From positions 10,974,001-11,038,000 of the forward strand of contig OZ024761.1 in the NCBI GenBank assembly GCA_964016885.1: 64,000 nucleotides of DNA, given 5' to 3'. Made by a program: the position numbers and the translations under genes. Of the stretch, positions 27,901 through 40,270 are shown one piece after another. The notes beneath the pieces were generated by a model. That model ran no database searches, had not been told where the DNA came from, and saw only the letters and a list, made by a program, of their open reading frames with translations. The stretch is from Eledone cirrhosa. Lineage: Eukaryota. How positions within the stretch are numbered: position 1 is the first letter of the stretch; each line of letters starts with the position of its first letter.

Positions 27901-28825
27901 ATACATTAACAGAGAAAGCTTTAAGCAATATTCCGACCGACTTCCATCTCACTCAACAAACATTAGGATATACCTTAGTATAATCCCAATTATACGTTTG
28001 GGGTGCTAACTATACGTATTTTGCGGATAGCCAGTTGTATTATTTTATATGGGACACAATTAAATACATCCCTCTTTCCAAACGATCGTTTCATTATAAG
28101 TTTTCTACAAGTTGGGAAAATAATGTCCAGGTTATGTAGAAGCCTGCACATAGTCTATAGGAATATATGCAGGTGGGCACTTATAAATCATCAGTGGATG
28201 CCCAACAATATCGATATAAAAAAAACCCTATCGATATTAACATTCAGCGATGGTACCCGTCAGTGTTAGAGTGACCGCCAAATTTGAAATTCCAGCAGTC
28301 TCACAAAGAGAAATCTCACACCGTCACCAAGCGGGAAGGGGGGGAGGGGGTCATAGCAAAACATAAAAGGATAAAATAATATGCACACAGGTCAATTAAT
28401 TCTGTCAAGAATTTTAATCATGCGTGAAAAACTCAATTGGATATAAAAAAATAAATATATTCATGTATTATTTATACACGCATATAGGTATTTTGTTAGG
28501 CTAAAAACAGAGATAAGATACCGGAAGAACAATCAATATTTCATACAAAGAATAAATAAAGTCATACCTAAAAATATCTGGAAATTTTCATCTCTGGCCA
28601 ATTCAAGAGTATAATATTTAATACATTAACAGAGAAAGCTTTAAGCAATACTCCGACAGACTTCCATCTCACTCAACAAACATTAGGATATACCTTAGTA
28701 TAATCCCAATTATACGTTTGGGGTGCTAACTATATGTATTTTGCGGATAGCCAGTTGTATTATTTTATATGAGACATAATTAAATACATCTACATCCCTC
28801 CTTCCAAACGATTGTTTCATTAATA
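27895..28825. repeat. About 200-bp direct repeats (27895-28100 and 28615-28825) flanking a unique core
   Basis: Both begin TTTAATACATTAACAGAGAAAGCTTTAAGC and are near identical. Confidence 0.85.
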
Positions 28826-28969
28826 TATAGTTGTTATATAGTAAGGTGTATTATTGGTTGTGTAAAACGGTCCAATAAATTTATGTTAGCAATATTAAAT
28901 TCTCCACGCTTTTCTATATCTCCAATTCCATTCAAGGGAACAGCTAGATGATGTAAAACGGAGTATAAG

Positions 28970-29578
28970 TATCAAAATGAAAATCTGAAGGCAAGGTAAA
29001 ATTCCAATCATTTTAATCACGACACATGTTTATTCTTATTCTTATATTTGTTGTTTTTTTCTATGACATCGCTTCGGTGTGTCTGAGAGTGTGTGAGTAC
29101 CCACTCACAGTAATTGTCACCTTCTGTAGTTCTACAGGTTTGATGCTGTGTTGATATGTGTATATATATATATATATATATTTTTTTTTTTTTCTTTGAC
29201 TTCAGCCGGTGTGTATGGGTGTTGAGTGTGTGTGTAGCCACTCACATTAACTGTGACCGACTGTATTTCTACAGATCTGATTAATGTCCAGCGTCCTTTG
29301 CAGCTATGGAGATTTGACAGTTTTATGACCCTAACTGAAGGTGATAGCAGTCACTGTATTTCTGACGACTGGATCTTCCTATCTTCATATGAGGGAATAA
29401 ACTCTGTGAGTGAACATTGCTAATTTTCTCCCTCATATCAAGAATTTGAAGACAATTCATTTTCACCTGATGAGATCAGTGATAATTGATCATGGCTTTA
29501 TAATCGATCTATCTCTTATTGAAACATGTGTCGTGATTAAAATGATTGGAATTTTACCTTGCCTTCAGATTTTCATTT

Positions 29579-29583
<5 letters not shown>
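28970..29583 (+). mobile_element. Penelope-like element remnant: inverted terminal copy, GIY-YIG-like C-terminal tail and hammerhead
   Basis: 28970-29030 is the reverse complement of 29523-29583; the plus frame ends WIFLSSYEGINSVSEHC* (weakly like the PLE WI..L....GLN ending), followed by a hammerhead. Confidence 0.55.
29463..29536 (+). ncRNA. Type I hammerhead ribozyme with enlarged stem II
   Basis: tcac-CTGATGA-(47 nt, includes a gatca/tgatc hairpin)-GAAA-catgtg-TC-gtga; GUC cleavage triplet. Confidence 0.7.
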
Positions 29584-29647
<64 letters not shown>

Positions 29648-29650
<3 letters not shown>

Positions 29651-29985
29651 TCATCATCATCATCATCACCATACGTCCACTTTTCCGTTTGCAAGGGTGG
29701 GACGGGTACTGATTCTGGCTTGATTTCTACAGCGGGATGCCCTTCCTAACACCAACCTCATTTACAGTCTGTGCTGGGTGCTTTTTTTTTCCGTGGCACC
29801 TACACATCCACTTTGCAGTGGAATGATAGGGACCCCAGTCCCTATCATCTCATTTCTACAGCTGAGTAAACTGGAGCAATGTGAAATAAAGTGTCTTGCT
29901 CAAGGAAACAACACATCACCCGGTCTGAGAATTGAACTCACAACCTTTCGATTGCAAGGCCAATGCTCTAACCACTAAGCCATGT
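29648..29985 (-). mobile_element. SINE family 1 copy
   Basis: Reverse complement of 13954-14298. Confidence 0.9.
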
Positions 29986-30129
29986 ATATATGTATATATA
30001 TATATATATGAGCAAGACACGGTCACCCGACCACTCTTGCCTCAAGTGGGACAAACCCGTCTAACCCATGCTAGTGTGGAAGATGGACGTTAAACATTGA
30101 TGATGATGATATAATACATATATATATAC

Positions 30130-30162
<33 letters not shown>

Positions 30163-30415
30163 GGACCAATTCTATGCTGATCCTACGGCGGAGAGGATGG
30201 AGACTGTGGAGGTGATGAGGGAAGAACTCTGTACCACTTACACAGAGGTCAGAGAGGAGGCACTGATAGAGAAGATCAGAAGTGTGGAGAGAGCGGTTGA
30301 CAGGTCTGGATGTAAGGAGAGCTGGATGATGATCAACATGGCTGCGATAATGGGGGACAGAGACCGCTGGAGAGAACTCGTCCATGGATGTCGGGAATTT
30401 TACCCGCCCTAGAAA
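30163..30415 (+). mobile_element. Internally deleted RTE-clade LINE fragment
   Basis: Ends MAAIMGDRDRWRELVHGCREFYPP*, nearly identical to the end of 33784-34203. Confidence 0.75.
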
Positions 30416-30657
30416 TATATATATATGCAAGCCTGGAGAGTGATGGGCTCTACTAGGCTTAAAATGTCCATACAGCATGCCTATGACTCTCTCATGAATT
30501 ACGGGACCATACCGTGTGTATATATATATATATGTAGGAAGTGAATTTTATTGAAGCACAATAAAGCAATGCAAATATCAGATAAGTAGCACTCAACAGT
30601 TTGTAGGACTGAAGTATAAATAATATAAAATCAAAAGATGGTTAAAAGAGATCCATG

Positions 30658-30728
30658 TATTTTATTATGCGCATTTCAAAAACAAATATCATCATGGTAT
30701 GATATTTGCGTTCTCATCAGATAAAATA
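30658..30728 (-). ncRNA. Minimal type I hammerhead ribozyme
   Basis: Minus strand: tattttat-CTGATGA-gaacgcaaatatcat..atgatatttgttttt-GAAA-tgcgca-TA-ataaaata. Confidence 0.82.
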
Positions 30729-30839
30729 GGGAGACATGATATGAAGCTTAAAAAACACTTGTGAATAGTGAAGTGTTAAATCAACATAAAAATACTTCAC
30801 TGCTCGCAAGTCTTTTTTAAGCTTCATATCATGTCTCCC

Positions 30840-30907
30840 TATTTTATCTGATGAGAACACAAATATCATCCCATGATATTTGTTTTTGAAATGCGCATAA
30901 TAAAATA
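30840..30907 (+). ncRNA. Minimal type I hammerhead ribozyme
   Basis: tattttat-CTGATGA-gaacacaaatatcat(ccc)atgatatttgttttt-GAAA-tgcgca-TA-ataaaata; predicted cut after 30899. Confidence 0.85.
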
Positions 30908-30941
30908 CATGGATCTCTTTTAACCATCTTTTGATTTTATA

Positions 30942-31033
<92 letters not shown>

Positions 31034-31139
31034 GTTAAGTCCACCGTACAGGATATATATCAACTACACAGATAATAACTAAGCTAATCTTTCTCATCAA
31101 TATATAATCAATACTGAATATATAACACATCTACATATT

Positions 31140-31562
31140 AACATACATATGTACCTCACTATATAGATATACACACACACATATATATACACATATATAC
31201 ACACACATATATATATATATACACACATATACATATATACACACACACATATATATATACACACACACACATATATATACACACACACATATATATATAT
31301 ACACATATATATATACACGCACACACACACATATATATATACACACACACACACATATATATATATACACACACACAGATATATATATATACACACACAC
31401 ACATATATATATACACACATATATATATATATACACACACATATATATATATATACACACACGCATATATATATATATGCACACACACATATGTATACAC
31501 ACACACATATATATATATATACACACATATATATATATTTACACACATACATATATATATAT

Positions 31563-31593
<31 letters not shown>

Positions 31594-31622
31594 CACACAC
31601 ATATATATATATATACACACAA
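31140..31622. repeat. (CA)n/(TA)n compound microsatellite
   Basis: Directly visible. Confidence 0.93.
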
Positions 31623-31757
31623 CAACAACAATAAGAGTGACCACTCCAATATTGATACAACAACAATATAATATTGATAGGAAGTTATTGATTTCTGTGA
31701 GATAAGATGGGGGGGGGGCTGTGTCATCACATAATAAATATCACTGTAAATTGTATA

Positions 31758-32345
31758 GGGCGGGGGGGGTCTGTGGGGATATTGTGGGGGTGAGGTGGGG
31801 ATACTGGGGGGGGGAGTATGGGGGGTACTGTGGGGTGTGGTGGGGATACTGTGGCGGGGAGTATGGGGGGTACTGTGGGGTGGGGTGGGGATACTGTGGG
31901 GTATGGTGGGGATACTGTGGGGTATGGTGGGGATACTGTGGGGTATGGTGGGGATACTGTGGGGGTGGGGTGGGGATGCTGTGGGGTGTGGTGGGGATAC
32001 TGTGGGGGAAGTATGGGGGGTACTGTGGGGTGAGGTGGGGATACTGTGGGGGAAGTATGGGGGTACTGTGGAGTGGGGTGGGGATAATGTGGGGGGTGTG
32101 GTGGGGATACTGTGGGGTAAGTATGGGGGTACTGTGGGGTGGGGTGGGGATACTGTGGGGGGTGAGGTGGGGTGTGGTGGGGATAATGTGGGGGAAGTAT
32201 GGGGGGGTACTGTGGGGGTGAGGTGGGGATAATGTGGGGTGAGGTGGGGATGCTGTGGGGGAAGTATGGGGGATATTGTGGGGGTGAGGTGGGGATACTG
32301 TGGGGGTGTGGTGGGGAAGCTGTGGGGTGAGGTGGGTATATGGTG
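31758..32345 (+). repeat. G-rich degenerate minisatellite (GTGGGGATACTGTGGGG variants)
   Basis: Dozens of G4-G8 runs. Confidence 0.9.
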
Positions 32346-32540
32346 TGTGTGTGTGTGGGAGGGGGCACTGTGAAGGGGTAAAGTGAGGGCGGGGAGTAGT
32401 GTGTTGAGGGGAGGCACTGGGAGGGGTATTGTGATGTTGTGTGATAGCTCTACCCACAATGATGCTTCTGGGAACACTGACTTAGGGTGACCCCACCCGG
32501 CCTTGGGGAACAAAGGTGACCCCCCTCCACCGGCCTGCCT

Positions 32541-32669
32541 TTACTACCACCACCACCACCACTACTACTACTACTACTACCACTACCATTACTACCACCA
32601 CCACCACCACTACTACCACCACCACAACCATTACTACTACCAGTACTACCACCACCACCATTACTACTA

Positions 32670-32715
<46 letters not shown>

Positions 32716-33093
32716 AACCACCATTACTACTACCACTACTACTACTACTACTACCACTGCTACCACAACCACCATTACTACTACCACCACCACAACCACC
32801 ATTACTACCACTACTACTACCACCACAACCATTACTACTAGCACTACTACTACTACCACTACCACCACCACCACTACTACTACTACCATCACCACCACTA
32901 CTACTACTACCACCATTACTACTACCACTACTACCACCACAACCATTACTACTAGCACTACTACTACTACCACTACCACCACCACCACTACTACCACTAC
33001 CACCACCACCACTACTACTACTACCACCACTACTACTACTACCATCACTACCACTACTACTACTACCACCATTACTACTACCACTACCACTAA
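32541..33093. repeat. (CTA/CCA)n trinucleotide tract
   Basis: Directly visible. Confidence 0.93.
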
Positions 33094-33364
33094 CATTGAT
33101 ATTTAGTAGTTGACAGTGAACAATAATTGGAGTTGTAGAGGGGGAGGGGGGAGTAGTTAGGATGTGATCAGTGTGGTTGTCAAGGTAACCAAAAAATGAT
33201 TGTGTGTATGTGTGTATGTTAATGTATATGTGTGTATATGTAAGAACGTTTGTGTGTATAAATATATATGTGGCTGTGTATATATATATATATGCATGAG
33301 TCTGTGTGTGTGTTTGTGTGTATGTAAGAATATATGTATGTTTGTGTGTGCATATGTACATATA

Positions 33365-33426
<62 letters not shown>

Positions 33427-33480
33427 ATATGAGTCTGTGTGTGCATATGTACATATACTGTGTTAATATATATATATATA

Positions 33481-33666
33481 TATAACGAAGGAAATGCGGT
33501 AAGGAACCAGGTGGACCATAACGCACCAAAGTACTCAATACTTAGGGTAGTAGAGTGGGTAATAGGAACCAGTAAGACCCCGATGGCTGAGCTCAAGCCG
33601 TTTCGACGGCTAATTCGAATTAGCCGTCGAAACGGCTTGAGCTCAGCCGTCGGGGTCTTACTGGTT

Positions 33667-33672
<6 letters not shown>
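33481..33672. mobile_element. Palindromic fold-back element, family C
   Basis: About 55-bp arms centred on TTCGAA at about 33617, plus a one-sided tail, in (TA)n; copies at 38155-38352, 38804-38998 and 45131-45258. Confidence 0.8.
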
Positions 33673-33716
<44 letters not shown>

Positions 33717-33780
33717 GGTCTGTGTGTGTGTGTGTGTGAAATGCTATGCAATAGTGTGCGAAATGCTGATATTCTATTCT

Positions 33781-34210
33781 ATTCTAGGGCGGGTAAAATT
33801 CCCGAGATCCATGGATGAGTTCTCTCCAGCGGTCTCTGTCCCTCATTATCGCTGCCATGTCCTGCGTCTCCAACAGACCAGTGTCTGTCCTTAGGGCATC
33901 AACATACGTTAACCTTGGTCTTCCTCTTCCAGTGTGTCCATGTAGGGGGTCCCACAGGAGCACTGAGTGCAATGTCAACTCTGGATGTCGGTGAGCATGT
34001 CCAGCTAACTTCAGTCTCCTCTGTGTCACTTTTGAGCTGATTTTTGGGAGGCTCCTGTACAGCTCTGAGTTTTTCATCCTCAGTGTATACTGATTAATGT
34101 TCAGAGCCATCCTCAGCATTCTCGTGTAGCACCCATCGAGCATCTGAGTGAGTTTCTTGGTCAGTGTCCAAGTCTCAGGCCCGTACAGCAGCACAGACTC
34201 CACTACAGCA
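33781..34210 (-). mobile_element. 5'-truncated RTE-clade LINE (C-terminal region)
   Basis: ESVLLYGPETWTLTKK..LDGCYTRMLRMALNI...RRLKLAGH...GRGRPRLTY. Confidence 0.9.
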
Positions 34211-34282
34211 ATGATATGTGAGAAAGCAAACAGTCACATACACACTCTCAAACATAAATACATATATACAAACAAAAACATA

Positions 34283-34321
<39 letters not shown>

Positions 34322-34354
34322 ATTCATACAATAAAAGGTAAGTGTAGGATACTA

Positions 34355-35152
34355 TATACCCAGGTACACATTGTAGGGGAGGCCTAGGGTGCTAAATACC
34401 CAAGTACACATTGTAGGGAAGGCCTAGGGTGCTAAATACCCAGGTACACATTGTAGAGCTAGCTTATGGTGCTATATACGCAGGCACACATTGTAGAGCT
34501 AGCTTAGGGTGCTAATACCCAGGTACACATTGTAGAGCTGGCTTAGGGTGCTATATACCCAGGTACACATTGTAGAGCTGGCTTAGGGTGCTATATACCC
34601 AGGTACACATTGTAGAGCTAGCTTAGGGTGCTAATACCCAGGTACACATTGTAGGGAAGGCCTAGGGTGGTAAATACCCAGGTACATATTGTAGGGCTAG
34701 CTTGGGCTGCTATATACTCAGGTACATATTGTAGGGTTAGCCTAGGTGCTATATACGCAGGCACACATTGTAGAGCTAGCTTAGGGTGCTAATACCCAGG
34801 TACACATTGTAGAGCTGGCTTAGGGTGCTAATACCCAGGTACACATTGTAGAGCTAGCTGAGGGTGCTAATACCCAGGTACACATTGTAGAGCTAGCTTA
34901 GGGTGCTAATACCCAGGTACACATTGTAGAGCTAGCTTAGGGTGCTATATACCCAGGTACACATTGTAGAGCTGGCTTAGGGTGCTAATACCCAGGTACA
35001 CATTGTAGAGCTAGCTTAGGGTGCTAATACCCAGGTACACATTGTAGAGCTAGCTTAGGGTGCTAATACCCAAGTACACATTGTAGAGCTGGCTTAGGGT
35101 GCTATATACCCAGGTACACATTGTAGAGCTGGCTTAGGGTGCTAATACCCAG
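34355..35152. repeat. 39-40-bp minisatellite containing TTAGGG, about 20 units
   Basis: CCCAGGTACACATTGTAGAGCTAGCTTAGGGTGCTAATA. Confidence 0.93.
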
Positions 35153-35237
35153 ATGTCAGTCATATGCTAGCCCTACCACTAACCTTTCTCCCACTATAAA
35201 CCAAACCCTCCACCCTTCATTAACAAAATTTACTCAC

Positions 35238-35338
35238 AATTTCATAGAAGACACACTCTATAGAGTCAGAATTGTCTCGCAGTAGGAACTGTCTTCCAGA
35301 GATGTTGCGGTCTGCTAGGACAGCAGAGTCTAACACAC
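35238..35338 (-). CDS. SPATA22: SPATA22 exon (OB fold)
   Basis: tttcag|GT GTG ... GAA ATT|gtgagt = (G)VLDSAVLADRNISGRQFLLRDNSDSIECVFYEI, compare SPATA22 AVLDSAV...TFLMRDGKNTLPCVFYEI. Confidence 0.95.
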
Positions 35339-35589
35339 CTGAAATATAGAGTAGTAAAGAGGTATTAATTAGCAACACCTGTGATAAAAAGAGGTAAAAT
35401 ATATTAGCAACACCTGTGGTATAGAGAAGTGTACATTAAGGTAGGGGTGGTGTATTGGTAGAGTGGTTAGAACGTCAGGTAGAATGTTTTATGGTATTTC
35501 TTCCGGCTATCTGTGATCTGAGTTCAAATCCCACCGAGGTCAACTTTGCCTTTCATCCTTTCAAGGTGGATAATAAAGTACTAGTCTAG

Positions 35590-36475
35590 TATTATTAACC
35601 TTGGGAACATTAAAGGTGGTTAAACCAACCACTGTACTTGATTGTACTTTACTTTATTAACCTTGGGAACATTAAAGGTGGTTAAACCAACCACTGTACT
35701 TCATTGTACTTTACTTTATTAACCTTGGGAACATTAAAGTTGGTTAAACCAACCACTGTACTTCATTGTACTTTACTTTATTAACCTTGGGAACATTAAA
35801 GGTGGTTAAACCAACCACTGTACTTCATTGTACTTTAGTTTATTAACCTTGGGAACATTAAAGGTGGTTAAACCAACCACTGTACTTCATTGTACTTTAG
35901 TTTATTAACCTTGGGAACATTAAAGGTGGTTAAACCAACCACTGTACTTCATTGTACTTTACTTTATTAACCTTGGGAACATTAAAGGTGGTTAAACCAA
36001 CCACTGTACTTCATTGTACTTTAGTTTATTAACCTTGGGAACATTAAAGGTGGTTAAACCAACCACTGTACTTCATTGTACTTTACTTTATTAACCTTGG
36101 GAACATTAAAGGTGGTTAAACCAACCACTGTACTTCATTGTACTTTACTTTATTAACCTTGGGAACATTAAAGGTGGTTAAACCAACCACTGTACTTCAT
36201 TGTACTTTACTTTATTAACCTTGGGAACATTAAAGGTGGTTAAACCAACCACTGTACTTCATTGTACTTTAGTTTATTAACCTTGGGAACATTAAAGGTG
36301 GTTAAACCAACCACTGTACTTCATTGTACTTTACTTTATTAACCTTGGGAACATTAAAGGTGGTTAAACCAACCACTGTACTTCATTGTACTTTACTTTA
36401 TTAACCTTGGGAACATTAAAGGTAAAGTTGAATTCAGTGGGATTTGAACCTAGAATGTAAAGGGCCAGAAACAGA
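35590..36475. repeat. 62-bp minisatellite (about 13 units) grown from a SINE family 2 segment
   Basis: The last unit runs into AAAGTTGAATTCAGTGGGATTTGAACC (SINE2 head, minus); a plus SINE2 copy precedes it at 35445-35590. Confidence 0.88.
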
Positions 36476-36749
36476 TACATCATCATCATCATCGTTTAAC
36501 GTCTATCTTCCACGCCAGCATGGGTTAGACAGAGTTAGAATGAAAGAGAGAAGAAGGAATAGAAAGATAGACAAGAATAAATAAATAAACGGAAAAATTT
36601 TTTTTTCTCAGGAAGAAAGTATGTATAGTTATATCATCATCATCATCATATGGATAAAGAAAGATATCTATATCTATAAAGAAAGATATATATATATATG
36701 TATGTGTATATATATATAAGTGTGTGTATATATATATAAGTGTACACCC

Positions 36750-37102
36750 ACAAAATTGTTAACCATGTTGCCAACAACAACCCTGAGTACCTTTTTGATT
36801 TCCATGTGTCTAACACACGTGGACATGCCCACAAAGTAAGAAAACAGCACAGTTCCCATGACTTTCGGAAACATTTTTTCACGCTCAGAGTTGCTGAAGC
36901 ATGAAACAAACTACCTGCATCAGTTGTTAGCTGTCGAGACACTGCATCCTTTAAAGCATCCATGCTTCCCGAGATCCGCCAACACTACAGCTAACACATA
37001 CACACATGCACTTCCCTGACATTTGTGTATTATTCTATGTACTATATTGACGAGTTGTGGTGCACCTGAGCACTTTACACAATAATTTCATTATTATTAT
37101 TT
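36750..37102 (+). mobile_element. CR1/L2-clade LINE 3' fragment
   Basis: NTRGHAHKVRKQ...RKHFFTLRVAEA*NKLPASVV...SFK, then 3' UTR and an (ATT)n tail. Confidence 0.88.
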
Positions 37103-37197
37103 TAAAAGATGTTTGTATATATAAATTTAAGACAATCTGAGTGCTCTGTTTACTGGTTAAGGCAATCAAATGTCTTATTACTCATATATATATATAT

Positions 37198-37392
37198 AAT
37201 AATAATTGTTTCTACTTTAGGCACAAGGCCAGCAATTACCCAGTTCATTACTGGTACTTTATTTTATCGACCCCGTAAGGATGAAAGGCAAAGTCAACCT
37301 CAGCGGGATTTGAACTCAGATCGTAAAGGGACGTAACTATGCTGGAAAGCATGGCGTCCGACCCTCTACCAATACTGCCAATCCACCGCCCT
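37198..37392 (-). mobile_element. SINE family 2, full length
   Basis: Reverse complement of 56546-56752. Confidence 0.88.
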
Positions 37393-37636
37393 TATATATA
37401 TATATATATATAATAATAATACTATTTATAGTTATGTATATAGTATAAACAACTATAAACAGGAAGGTCAGTAATTTCTTAATTACCTTATTACCAGTAA
37501 GAGAAATAGCTCAATGTATGAACATCAGTTGTTTTACAGAGCAGTTAAATAAATAAATTATATATATATATAAGCATGCCTGTATATGTGTGTGTATATA
37601 TACATATAAACATATATGTATGTATATATATATATA

Positions 37637-38025
37637 CAGGGTGCGGACGATATTTGTTCGCAATTTTCAACTGCTAATTTTGAACCTCCAAATTTGTGGA
37701 AGAGACACAGAGTTCTTCTTGGAATCCGCGCCGGGAGGACAAATAAGGCCAGAAGATCAACTCCCAGAACAACAGGTGGCTCTCTGTCTCATCCAAAGAC
37801 GTGCCCAGAGTCATGCAGACAGAGTTTCCAGTGACGAAGGCCTGTAGCCGGTTCCAAGGCCGCCTTGAGGCTGTCATCAAAGTCAATGGCGGGTTTATCG
37901 AGTGAGATCGAAAGAACAAGTCATGAAGACAAACTGACCCAAGTTTGATAAATAAATCTTTAAAAATAAAACTACTGTCTTACTTTTTCCTAGACAGTAA
38001 TCTTGCGAACAGCTATCATCCGCAC

Positions 38026-38029
<4 letters not shown>
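37637..38029 (+). mobile_element. Shorter deletion derivative (MITE) of the Tc1/mariner element at 18977-19793
   Basis: Same TIRs and subterminal sequence. Confidence 0.9.
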
Positions 38030-38065
<36 letters not shown>

Positions 38066-38154
38066 TATAAACATATATGTATATATGTATATTATATATA
38101 TATAATATATATATGTTTATACACACACACACACATATATATATATATAAATAT

Positions 38155-38352
38155 ATAACGAAGGAAATGTGGTAAGGAACCAGGTAGACCATAACGCACC
38201 AAAGTACTCAATACTTAGGGTAGTAGAGTGGGTAATAGGAACAAGTAAGACCCCGACGGCTGAGCTCAAGCCGTTTCGACGGCTAATTCTGTACTCAGAA
38301 CTAGCCGTCGAAACGGCTTGAGCTCAGCCGTCGGGGTCTTACTTGTCCCTAT
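38155..38352. mobile_element. Palindromic fold-back element, family C
   Basis: Near-identical to 33481-33672 with a longer loop. Confidence 0.8.
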
Positions 38353-38367
38353 ATAAATATATATATA

Positions 38368-38420
<53 letters not shown>

Positions 38421-38753
38421 CCCCATGTAATCTGGTTGTTTAGCAGTTCTGCCAAGACTACCATGTTTTATCTATAACTTTAATGAATTTGACATCTTGA
38501 AGCAGAATTTGCTGGCAATACCAACATATGGGATGGTGATTGGTTCTACAATATTACTCAACACAAACACACACAACATATTGATTAACCTCAATAGCAG
38601 TGATTAGAAAATTCCAATTATCATTGATGAATCAGATGATTGACATTTCATTTCCTTTGTGTGTGTGTGTGTGTGTGTATATACATATACACATATACAC
38701 ATACATACATATATATATATATATCAACAGTTGGAAAATTGTGCCAATAGATG

Positions 38754-38803
<50 letters not shown>

Positions 38804-38807
<4 letters not shown>

Positions 38808-38998
38808 AAAAGAGTCAGGACCCCGGCGGCTGAGCTCCGGCCATTTCGACAACAATTTCTGAACTAGCTGTCGAAACGGCCGGAGTTCAGCTGTCGGGGT
38901 CCTGACTCTCTTCCTATTACCCACTCTACTACCTTAAGTATTGAGTACTCTGGTGCGTTATGGTCCACCTGGTTCCTTACCACATTTCCTTCATTTTA
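38804..38998. mobile_element. Palindromic fold-back element, family C, reverse orientation
   Basis: Diverged copy; contains GAAA-cggccg (hammerhead-like 3' half). Confidence 0.75.
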
Positions 38999-39016
38999 TA
39001 TATATATATATATATA

Positions 39017-39301
39017 ATTCTCAGACCGGGTGATGTGTTGTTTCCTTGAGCAAGACACTTTATTTCACATTGCTCCAGTTTACTCAGCTGTAGAATTGAG
39101 ATGATAGGGACTGGGGTCCCTATCATTCCACTGCAAAGTGGACGTGGAGGTGCCACGGCAAAAAAGCACCCAGCACTCACTGTAAATGAGGTTGGTGTTA
39201 GGAAGGGCATCCAGCTGTAGAAATCAAGCCAGAATCAGTTCCCGTCCCACCCTTGCAAGCAGGGAAAAGCGGACGTAAAATGAAATGATGATGATGATGA
39301 T
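39017..39301 (+). mobile_element. SINE family 1, 5'-truncated
   Basis: Matches 14012-14298. Confidence 0.88.
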
Positions 39302-39373
39302 ATATATATACATACACACAGAGATATCCACGGTAAGTTGTGGGGTCTATTCTGCACTAATTCATCGCCGTTA

Positions 39374-40270
39374 TCATCATCATCATCATCATCATCATCA
39401 GGTTTAACGTCCGTGTTCCACGCTTGCATGGGTTTGGACGGGGGTTTTCCCACTTGAGGCAAGAGTGATTGTCTTGCTCGCATAGGACTGTCTGGCGGGT
39501 TTTCTACAGTTGGATGCCCTTCCTAACACCAACCACATTTACAGTGTGGGGCTGGGAGGTTTTTACCGTGTTGCCTACACGGCCACATTACAGCGTGGAC
39601 TGTGTGTTTTTTGTCGTGACACCTACACGCTCTCATTTGTTTCGGCCTGGATGTTGTGGGACCAACATAACTTTACATTGAAAGGGGTGGTGCGGATGGG
39701 GTGGAGGTGGTGGGACGGGGTGGGACGGGGTGTTTGTGTGTGTGTCTGGATAGAGATGCCTACTGACTGTAGTAGGTTTTTACTTTGTATTTAGGTAAGG
39801 CGGGTCTTCTCTATTACTGAGTACCGCCAAAGGTCTCGGTCCAGTGACATTGTCTTGGAGAGGTGTAAGCGTGTGAGGTCGGAATTTATCAGCTCGTCCC
39901 ATGTTTTTCTGGGTCTGCCTACTCCGTGGCTACCGTCTATCTTTATTGCCCTGCACTTTGTTATACAGCTGTCGTCTTTCATGCGCATCACGTGACCGTA
40001 CCAACGTAGCCTTCTCTCGAGTAAACAACATCGGATCCCTCTTATTTCTAATTTTTTCCTTAGTTCGTTTATGTTTTGCCGTTCACGTATATTACTATTG
40101 CACATCCAGCGGAGCATGCAAGCTTCGTTCCTCTCTAGTCTGCGTATATCCTCTGCACACAATGCCCAGGTCTCACTGCCATGCAGCATTGCTGTTCGTA
40201 TGCAGGCATCGTATAACCTGCCTTTCATTTTTAGGGAGAACCCTCTAGCGGCTAATAGTGGTATAACTTA
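39374..40270 (-). mobile_element. 5'-truncated RTE LINE, subfamily B, with a 3' UTR of about 400 nt and (GAT)n tail
   Basis: KGRLYDACIRTAMLHGSETWA...RRLRWYGHVMRM; paralogous to the C-terminus of the 1022-aa ORF. Confidence 0.9.

Larger units (their letters stand above)
30615..30950. mobile_element. Palindromic element (about 155-bp arms) carrying a hammerhead in each arm
   Basis: Arms are near-perfect reverse complements; adjoins (TA)n(GA)n. Confidence 0.85.

Noticed and set aside
27647-27901. 84-aa ORF of non-repetitive composition
   Set aside because: No recognisable domain or splice context; at most a faint resemblance to a decayed GIY-YIG region, which cannot be supported without a search
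24530-33106. Poly-V, poly-T, poly-S/G and Pro/His-rich ORFs
   Set aside because: Translations of trinucleotide and G-rich simple repeats
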